From positions 96,001-160,000 of the forward strand of contig CAVQMO010000012.1 in assembly GCA_963713605.1 (NCBI GenBank): a stretch of 64,000 nt of DNA, read 5' to 3'. Under the pieces are notes generated by a model that was given only the letters and a program-made list of their open reading frames with translations, made no database searches and was not told where the DNA came from. The position numbers and the translations under genes are program-made. Numbering within the stretch: the first letter of the stretch is position 1; each line of letters starts with the position of its first letter. This DNA is from an uncultured Nitrososphaerales archaeon. GTDB lineage: Archaea > Thermoproteota > Nitrososphaeria > Nitrososphaerales > Nitrososphaeraceae. Shown here piece by piece: positions 56,422 to 64,000 of this stretch.

Positions 56422-56594
56422 TTTATGGACTACCTTGCAGAAAATCTCGTGAGAATGTTTGACAAAGAATGTCTTCCTATCGTCATTGCTCTATTCTGAA
56501 GGCACACATGGAAAAGCTCTTATGCTGATTCTGTTTGTGATTTAATTATATCTCTAATAAGGCGTCTATGACAATGATCGCCCACATTAGATTT

Positions 56595-56821
56595 ATGAAT
56601 GACAGAATAAGAGGAAAAAGAATTTTGGTCGTAATGAATTATAAGCGGAAATACGAAAAAGAGATAAGAAAGTCAAGGTATGTTTTCTAACAGCAAGCGA
56701 ATTGTATTATAAGGAATTCCGAATGAAAGAATATAGTGCATTAGATAAAAGCCTTTTTATCCGTAAGCCTATTGGAAATGAAGAAATGTTAATGGAAATA
56801 TATCGCCTCATTAAAGCGTGA
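56595..56821 (+). pseudogene. Response regulator receiver domain with internal deletion
   Basis: MNDRIRGKRILVV joined to EIRKRDKKVKVCFLTASE...FIRKPI; phospho-Asp segment missing. Confidence 0.75.
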
Positions 56822-57010
56822 AAAGTAAAGCTATTTGGCGTTTTATCGATTGCTATTACTTGCATCTGAGTTCAGATAACACTGCTGCAAGTATAATTCT
56901 AACCAAAAAAAATCTAAACCTAAATCAATGATAGATAACCTTTGGATTTAAAGCAGAAGTACTTGCATTAAAAGTAGTATTATGGTACTATTTTTAGAGG
57001 TAATCAATGC

Positions 57011-57040
57011 TATATAAAACTGTATAAAACTGTATAAAAC
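57011..57040. repeat. 10-bp tandem repeat x3
   Basis: TATATAAAAC TGTATAAAAC TGTATAAAAC. Confidence 0.8.
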
Positions 57041-57497
57041 TAATTTAGCTTAGGTAAGGCATATTGATCGCCATGAACAGAGGAACGATCCGTTGCCCTA
57101 CCAAGCTGTGAACTTTGTGCCGATTTTAGTTATGTATTGTAATGAAGATTATCATAAAAGGTTTTACGGAACATAGTTATTCCTGAGAATTTGGAGAATT
57201 GGCAATAATGCTCAAAGATGAGGGGAAATTTCCTGTTCTCCTAGGCTACAGGAAAGCATAACTGTTACAGGAGGTTATGACATTTCAGGCAAAACTCTTA
57301 GGTACAATTGTAAATATTATTACCGTTTCACTCTAACCCTACTGCCATTGCACCGAAAAAACAGCTGTAACAGCTGTAGAAGCTATAGTTTAAACTAGGA
57401 TTATGCAGATGATTTTGTATAGTTACAATTTTCTCGAAAAAACACATATAAGATATATAGTTATCATTTATTATTACTTCTCACACTAATAATCTCA

Positions 57498-58228
57498 ATG
57501 AATAATAGGTCAACAAAGCTTTGCGGCGGGATAAAAAACATATCATTCAGTGATCGCAATCACTCTGGGCAATGGTCAGTTGTAGGTGCTCTTGTTATTC
57601 TAATTTCTCTACTCACCATGTCGCTTTCAGTGTTTTCAGGAGCTGATTTACAATCGATGGTTGTCAATGCCGCAGTAGACATCGACACCTCTGGAGATGG
57701 CAGAGCAGCTGCTTTTGATGGTGAAGAAGGAATTGCAACGAATGGTGATAGCTTCTGCAGCATTACAAATGATATTGCAGAAGGAAAGTTTTCATCATTA
57801 TTTGAAGGAATAGTAGGAGACTGTAATAATAATTCACACTCATTAAACCAATTTCTGGTTGAGTATTCATACACAAAGAATCCAGTAAAGATAGGAGAAA
57901 AGACCTATCTTACAATAACTGTTAAGGATAAAGAAACTGGAAACCCAATCTCAAATGCATTTGTAACCCTGGATGTAGAACCTCCTACCACTTCGTCCGT
58001 AGACAGCTCAATCAGCGGGGAGCAGTTGCAGCAGCAGATATTCCCTCTACTCTGGACTCAGGAAAAGACAAAACAACCCAGACTATGTATACAGATAATA
58101 GTGGACACGCTACATTTACTTTACAGATAGGACCAAAATCAGATGTAGGTATTTACGATACCCAGTTTGGCGTTAAAAAAGACAGCTATCAATCTAGTTT
58201 CCAACAAACAAACCTCCGTGTAGCGTAA
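57498..58228 (+). CDS. Secreted or membrane Ig-like protein, frameshift in the G-run at about 58018
   Basis: TM segment; ITVKDKETGNPISNAFV; TDNSGHATFT in a shifted frame. Confidence 0.7.
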
Positions 58229-58343
58229 CATTTTAGACTTAGTATAGAATATCATCTTAATTCCATAAGGCGATTTCTTTTTGTTTAGCTATTGTTACTA
58301 TTGGCTACGGAAAATAATTGTTATATGACAATCCACTTCTTTT

Positions 58344-59135
58344 ATGAATTTGAACAAAATAGTGGGTTTTGAATATATAACAAAGAAATTTTTCTTTTTA
58401 TTAGAACCCATAATAAAAAAAACTACAATCACTGTTACATTGGGATTTAATCATAAATTTTATTTACCTCTATTCTTGTTCCTTATTTTATGTGTATTTC
58501 ATACTCAAGTCACTACTGTATATGGATCTTCTAAAGAATCATCTACCCTCAGTCGTGCGAAAGATATGTCGATAGACCTGTGTTGTACTTGGGGTAAGCA
58601 AATTTCTGATGGAATATTAAAATTTAAGCTTGTCAACATGCAGGAGAAGCAGAGAAATGAAGTCAGAGAAGCGTTTGATAGCTGGAATAAACAGCTAACC
58701 ACACTAAGACTTATTGAGAGTTATTCGCATGATCAAAAGGCGGAGATTATTGTTACATTTGGAGATATCGATAATGGAAATATCAATCAATTAGGTAAAA
58801 ATGCAGAGGCTGGACAGACTGCAGGACAATCTGTTAATAATCTTAATCAAAGTGGATATATCACGAACGCAAAAATAATACTTTCAGATAAAATATTTGA
58901 TAAGGAATCAGATTCTAGCACTTTGTATGCTGTCGTCTTACATGAGATTGGGCATGTATTAGGACTTGGTCATGCAAACTTTGATGATTTAATGAATCCA
59001 CTGGTCAGGATTCAGGACGAAATTTCTCTTTGTGATGTCAACGGAGTCTTCAAGGCCAATGAAGTGGTCCTAAAGAAAAATGCATCACTATCCCTTCAAG
59101 CTAGTTTTGGTGAGAAAAATATTATGAACTGTTAA
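58344..59135 (+). CDS. Matrixin-like (metzincin) zinc metalloprotease
   Basis: HEIGHVLGLGH plus Met-turn LMNP; true start may be downstream. Confidence 0.88.
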   Translation: MNLNKIVGFEYITKKFFFLLEPIIKKTTITVTLGFNHKFYLPLFLFLILCVFHTQVTTVYGSSKESSTLSRAKDMSIDLCCTWGKQISDGILKFKLVNMQEKQRNEVREAFDSWNKQLTTLRLIESYSHDQKAEIIVTFGDIDNGNINQLGKNAEAGQTAGQSVNNLNQSGYITNAKIILSDKIFDKESDSSTLYAVVLHEIGHVLGLGHANFDDLMNPLVRIQDEISLCDVNGVFKANEVVLKKNASLSLQASFGEKNIMNC

Positions 59136-59364
59136 TGGGGTGCTTCATATGAAAAAATGGTCCCCCAAATTGATTTATCAGAAATATATAGATTTCAGGT
59201 AGTCGATGCAATTTCTAGGTCGAGAATCTTAATATTCAGCTCGTTTAAGGTCAGCCAGTTTATTACATTGATACCGTCCTTCTTTCTAGCATTCTAAGGA
59301 TGTAGAAAATTATTCCAGTTATCGTCTTATTATCATGAGTTTATTCATCTTGAAGACCTCTGCA

Positions 59365-59414
59365 TTACGTTACGTTACGTTGCGTTACGCTGCGTTACGC
59401 TGCGTTACGTTGCG
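59365..59414. repeat. Pentanucleotide microsatellite (YTRCG)10
   Basis: Ten TTACG/TTGCG/CTGCG units. Confidence 0.9.
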
Positions 59415-60038
59415 GCATATATTATGATGCTAAATATATATCTCAATCTAAATATACAGAAAACTGTACGCTGTCATCGTAGAAAAGAATTTTGATGACA
59501 AGAAACTTGAATTCTGATTGTTTTAATAATAAGGGTCCTACCAAAATTTGTCATCGATACCCACTCTGGCTTTTTAAATTGGTTATAAATTCCCGTGATA
59601 GATGTGACCGTCATGTGCTTGAATATTACAAAATAATGATCAAGTTATCGCTGCTCCTAAAATCTCTCATGCTGAATCGGTAGAAGATATCAGGGCGTGG
59701 GAGGAATACCTCACCAGATAAGGCTCTTCAGTTGCTAGAAAATTCGCCGAATTAACCACAAGTCTTTATTATATTCATGTTAGCTGATACAATTAGTTAG
59801 GACTAGAATCTATACTTCATTTTTACCGTAAATCCGTAAATCTGTAAATTCATTCTTCATCAAGCATTACCAAACTATGACTTTTGAACTTATTTGACGG
59901 TACAAGTTAGCCTTATCAATTCTCTGTATCTTATTCCAGGATTCTTAATTATAAAATCATAGATCTCGCCCCTGATATCATCCGAACTGGCCACAAGATC
60001 CTGTTTATGCGATAAAAATTGGTCTTTCGATGAGACAT

Positions 60039-60479
60039 TCATTGTTTTGTATTCACCTTTAAAATACCTATACCAAATAATGTCAGCATCGCAAACAGGA
60101 TTACGTGGGGCAATTCTATATTAATCATTGGAATCAGTATTTCTCGAATACCTTGTGTGGCATAGAAAAGGAACAAAGTCTCTACTACGATAAGAGACAA
60201 GAATCCTAGCGACATGAACAACAACCTTGAACCGCCATTTCTGATGTACGATGATATTGAAACAATGAACAAGAAAAGCGAAAATATGAGACTCGCAATA
60301 TGAAGTATGATGTGGTAAATGTGTTGTGGGTGACTTGTGTGTGGAATTATTACGGGAACGGCTAGGACTGAAACTATGATAATCGAAATAACGATGAAGA
60401 GCTTTGGTTTATCAGAGACTAGGTTATCAATAATTCTAAGCGGCCTTCCAACATGAGAGTACACATGTTTTGTTTCCAT
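60039..60479 (-). CDS. His-rich four-TM membrane protein
   Basis: PHTSHPQHIYHIILHIASL; further His in ELPHVIL. Confidence 0.75.
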   Translation of the reverse strand: METKHVYSHVGRPLRIIDNLVSDKPKLFIVISIIIVSVLAVPVIIPHTSHPQHIYHIILHIASLIFSLFLFIVSISSYIRNGGSRLLFMSLGFLSLIVVETLFLFYATQGIREILIPMINIELPHVILFAMLTLFGIGILKVNTKQ

Positions 60480-60629
60480 TCTTACTCTTATATATTTAAG
60501 TCTAGATTCATTTTATCTAATTCTTGTATATCATAACACAAAACAACACGTACAAACAAAAGTAATTTGGAGTAAGAAGCCTTCTAGGGATACTCTAAAG
60601 GATCTTCCCATTCATTATATGTGATCGTC

Positions 60630-61241
60630 CTACGACTCTGTACTATTTGTTGCCTCCGTGCCATTTCCATGTTCTCCTTCTTCTGCGCCAGGCGCAATTT
60701 CATTAACGCCTATAACGGCAGTGCTTCCAGGAGGAAACTCTAAATTACCTTCGCCAGGGTTTGCAATGGCCACATCTGTAATTACTTCTTCATGCGAGGC
60801 TATATCAACATGGTAAAGACACATCTCTCCTGGCGTTGATAATTCTGGTAGATTTTCTAATTCGGCTGCAGTGAAATTAGGTGCTTGTCCAAGAAGAACT
60901 TGAATGCTAGCAGTCGAATTGTCTTCACATGGTACATTCACAGCGACGTGACCATTTGTTATCATATACGGAGTACTGTCATACAGATGAATGAATTTGC
61001 CTGCGGGTATAGTTTTCCCTTCAAGAAGCTCGGCAACAGAGTCGCGTACTACATTAGCAGACTTGTTATACGCATGTTCAGTTTCAGTCATATTTGTCAT
61101 CCCAGCCATTCCGGTCATGTTTTCGCCAGCAGAATGACTAGCTAGTACCTGTGTGGTTGTATTGTTTATTCCATATGTGCTAAATCCCATTAATCCAGCA
61201 ATTACGAATGCAATATACAGAAACTTAGTACTTGATCGCAT
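60630..61241 (-). CDS. Secreted Met/His-containing thaumarchaeal protein
   Basis: Signal peptide; MTGMAGMTNM; IHLYDSTPYMITNGHVA..PC; CLYHVD. Confidence 0.8.
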   Translation of the reverse strand: MRSSTKFLYIAFVIAGLMGFSTYGINNTTTQVLASHSAGENMTGMAGMTNMTETEHAYNKSANVVRDSVAELLEGKTIPAGKFIHLYDSTPYMITNGHVAVNVPCEDNSTASIQVLLGQAPNFTAAELENLPELSTPGEMCLYHVDIASHEEVITDVAIANPGEGNLEFPPGSTAVIGVNEIAPGAEEGEHGNGTEATNSTES

Positions 61242-61549
61242 AAAACATAGATCAATAACTTTTTATTAAGTATTATGGTACAGCAGACGAACAAACTCCT
61301 GAAACTTTAGATGGATTTTCCGTACACTTATTGATGTTGTAATGGTTCTTCCAATGTGAGCTTTCTGCTATTTTGTAAGTGTAGGTTCATAAAAGCACCG
61401 TACGGATAATAAGATAAATATGGCCAAATAGGATAAATACGAAAACATTAACATACTATCTCTAGTAATGATTGAGGTGTAGTTCAGATTCGAGCATTGC
61501 ATTGTTATGAACCATAAATGTTATTTATCAGAAATCCGAATTTTATGTC

Positions 61550-62530
61550 ATGCGATTAATGAAAATTGACAAGTCAATTGTACTATTTTTAATGGCTACA
61601 GTGGTCATGTTGACCGGATCTAATACTAATACTTTATTTGGCCACAATTTTTCTCCCGATGAGAGTGCATCATTTCTTGCCTTAGTTAATACAATAAAGG
61701 CAGAAACTCAGCTAGTACAACAGAATATAGCAAGCAATAACATGTCTTTGGCTAGCGATCATGCGAACAATGCATTAGCACTGATGACGGATGATGTAAA
61801 CAAAGAAATTGCAGAAAGAAACCAAAGATTGTCTGATGATCTTAATACTGATTTAGCATCTTTAAAGACATCTACAGAATCAACCTCTGGCATTAACACG
61901 GCTAGTGACACAGATATTTTAGTTGATGATATCAATGGTATTCTGGATGAAATCGTTACCTCAAGAGTAGACCCAGATCAGCTGAATAATTCTACTATAC
62001 AGGTACTAGCTGCAGCTGAGCTACTAGATGAAGTGCTTAGAAATTACGGAGATGCTTTCGCAGTTGGATATGATATGACTAATATGTCGATGATGATGAT
62101 GGATGATGGCAATAATAGTAATAATAATACTAGTAGTAATAGTGAAAGCGATACTAGTATGCATTCGATGTCTACTATGAATATGGGTGGCGGTAGTGTT
62201 GGTAATAATATGTCGATGGATGATATGTCGAATTCTGATGGTAAGTTAGTCAATATAACAGATTATCAGACTGCACAAGCATTAGCTATGAAAGTACAAG
62301 AATTATTTGACAATCAGATAATGAATTCTTCATTATCTGAAGGCTCTGAAACTGTAGATCAATCGATTAATAATGTATCAACCGCATTAAAGGAACTAGT
62401 TACAGATATTAATAAAAAATCATCTCCAATGGACATAATGACGATCGTACATACAAAAATCCATCCTAATCTCATGACTGCGTTTGGATTACAGCTGGAT
62501 AGTGGTAATGTAGATAAAGGATCTAGATAA
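61550..62530 (+). CDS. Secreted helical protein with predicted N-terminal His and Met-rich loop
   Basis: TLFG-HNFSPDE; MTNMSMMMM...SMHSMSTMNM; IVHTKIHP. Confidence 0.8.
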   Translation: MRLMKIDKSIVLFLMATVVMLTGSNTNTLFGHNFSPDESASFLALVNTIKAETQLVQQNIASNNMSLASDHANNALALMTDDVNKEIAERNQRLSDDLNTDLASLKTSTESTSGINTASDTDILVDDINGILDEIVTSRVDPDQLNNSTIQVLAAAELLDEVLRNYGDAFAVGYDMTNMSMMMMDDGNNSNNNTSSNSESDTSMHSMSTMNMGGGSVGNNMSMDDMSNSDGKLVNITDYQTAQALAMKVQELFDNQIMNSSLSEGSETVDQSINNVSTALKELVTDINKKSSPMDIMTIVHTKIHPNLMTAFGLQLDSGNVDKGSR

Positions 62531-62758
62531 TATCAAAAATTTTTTTGCTCTTAGGATAAGATTTCTCTAGGAGAACTTTTGTGATATTAAAAGAGTAACT
62601 ATGTATGATCTGAGTTTCAATTTTTTCTTCTGATGCTTAAGAAGTATGAATGTAACATAGATGTGAATATGTTAATAGACTTTAAGCATTAGGCTGGGCT
62701 AATCTTTATTCGAGTGATGTACCATATATCTTAAATAGTTATCAAACAAACTACATCT

Positions 62759-63409
62759 GTGAAAAATAGAAATCTACTAGTTGCGTTGATATTAAGCACT
62801 AATATGATGATATTGATTCTTGCGTCGATAGGAGCACATTCTGTATCTGGACATGAAAGAAGACTGTATACTATCGGCGATCAAAACTATCTCTTTGTAG
62901 TAGGTTCAATGAATGAGCCAGCGTTTGTGGACGACAAATCAGGGGTTGAAGTCTTCACATGGCTGCCTGATCCGACCGATCCTATGAATTCCCAAGCAAA
63001 TGGTACAAAGCCTATTGAAGGATTGACTCTCAAGGCAGATGTATCTGCAGGAGGAAAGAACATGACTCTAGATCTAGAACCAGCGTTCAGAGATCCAGGA
63101 CATTACGAGGCAGTATTCTATCCAACAGTACCAACTACATACAACTATACAGTATATGGAGATATTAATGGTACTGCATTCCGTGATACGTTCACATGCA
63201 GACCTGCTGGTGAATCAGAACCCGCCCAAGATAATTCAACGATAACTGTGTCAGATGGTGTTACTAGAATAGGTCAATCTGGAGGATTTGGTTGTTTCGA
63301 ATCAAGAGCTGATGTGTCATTCCCAGAACAGTATGTATCAAATTACGAGCTTCAACAGATGTTAAACAGTCAAGGAGGAACATCTAATTCGACAAAGTCG
63401 ATACCTTAA
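62759..63409 (+). CDS. Secreted beta-sandwich protein with predicted N-terminal His
   Basis: SVSG-HERR; VVGSMNEP; PGHYEAVFYPTVPTTYNY. Confidence 0.8.
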   Translation: MKNRNLLVALILSTNMMILILASIGAHSVSGHERRLYTIGDQNYLFVVGSMNEPAFVDDKSGVEVFTWLPDPTDPMNSQANGTKPIEGLTLKADVSAGGKNMTLDLEPAFRDPGHYEAVFYPTVPTTYNYTVYGDINGTAFRDTFTCRPAGESEPAQDNSTITVSDGVTRIGQSGGFGCFESRADVSFPEQYVSNYELQQMLNSQGGTSNSTKSIP

Positions 63410-63506
63410 ATTGTTCTGAATTTGTGTCAATTCATATGGGGTATTTCCACTCCTTTTCTTTGTCGTTCCTATCAAATCAAATTCTTTATGCAAGAAGTAG
63501 ATAAGA

Positions 63507-64000
63507 ATGCGACTCTTCTTGCCTAACTTTCTCCTCAGACACGTATCAAATGCTTTGCCCATCCTATTAGTCATCATCATTTCAACAATATCTGCCCAAC
63601 CTCTCAATCAACAAGTGTTTTCCCAGAGAGATAGCGATCCTTCAATGATTATGTCTCATTCAGAAAATTCTGAAGAATCTATCACTTCATATAATGATGC
63701 ATTAATCAAAGCACCGTTACTAGTCGCTCAGTGCACAATAGTAGGAATAGTCTTTAGCCAGCTCGTGCTATCAAGGATATTCTATAATCGTATATTGATG
63801 AATTTCAGCAGGCATAGCGTAACAACCCAAACAAATCTTGGTACAGATAAGAGATTATCTTTGATTATAATCCTGTCTGCTGTAGCATTATGTGTTTCCT
63901 GCACTGGTTTTTTGATGCTGCAAGTATCCAGTCTGTCATCAGAATTGGGCCTGGGATTTTCTGATACTTTTTCAATTGTTATGAACACGTCTCTTTATGC
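63507..64000 (+). CDS. Membrane protein, probable CopD-like copper uptake protein (runs off the right edge)
   Basis: Open from ATG at 63507; ALIKAPLLVAQCTIVGIVF and FLMLQVSSL resemble thaumarchaeal CopD N-terminal helices. Confidence 0.55.
   Translation, partial: MRLFLPNFLLRHVSNALPILLVIIISTISAQPLNQQVFSQRDSDPSMIMSHSENSEESITSYNDALIKAPLLVAQCTIVGIVFSQLVLSRIFYNRILMNFSRHSVTTQTNLGTDKRLSLIIILSAVALCVSCTGFLMLQVSSLSSELGLGFSDTFSIVMNTSLY

Noticed and set aside
1182..63988. Numerous antisense shadow ORFs in the track (e.g. 7656, 9700, 13365, 38376, 47627, 63782)
   Set aside because: They overlap well-supported genes on the opposite strand and carry no family motifs

Overview
AT-rich archaeal DNA, most consistent with a soil ammonia-oxidising archaeon (Nitrososphaeraceae). 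This is inferred from family-typical proteins: DUF6659-like, thaumarchaeal integrase and sensor-kinase N-termini, many secreted and Zn-finger small proteins. It is an accessory region with low coding density. It holds an orphan nuoB, an EamA transporter, two S8 proteases, an NHL propeller, a TMEM175 channel, P-II, a redox/detox cluster, acetolactate synthase, a matrixin protease, four separate tyrosine-integrase remnants and many gene shards. About ten genes carry single-base frameshifts, which may be partly assembly error. I found no rRNA, tRNA or CRISPR array. The most striking unexplained signal is a duplicated, apparently structured non-coding element. A 174-bp block (2437-2610 / 42849-43022, 5 mismatches) has a 14-bp stem and a potential pseudoknot, and all five substitutions keep the pairings on the + strand. 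In both copies it is preceded by a second conserved hairpin module (289-452 / 42119-42350), with different cargo ORFs in between. Other highlights are a candidate Met/His-rich copper-acquisition locus at the right end, a duplicated three-gene module containing an unannotated small-peptide gene, and a contractile-injection-system gene remnant.
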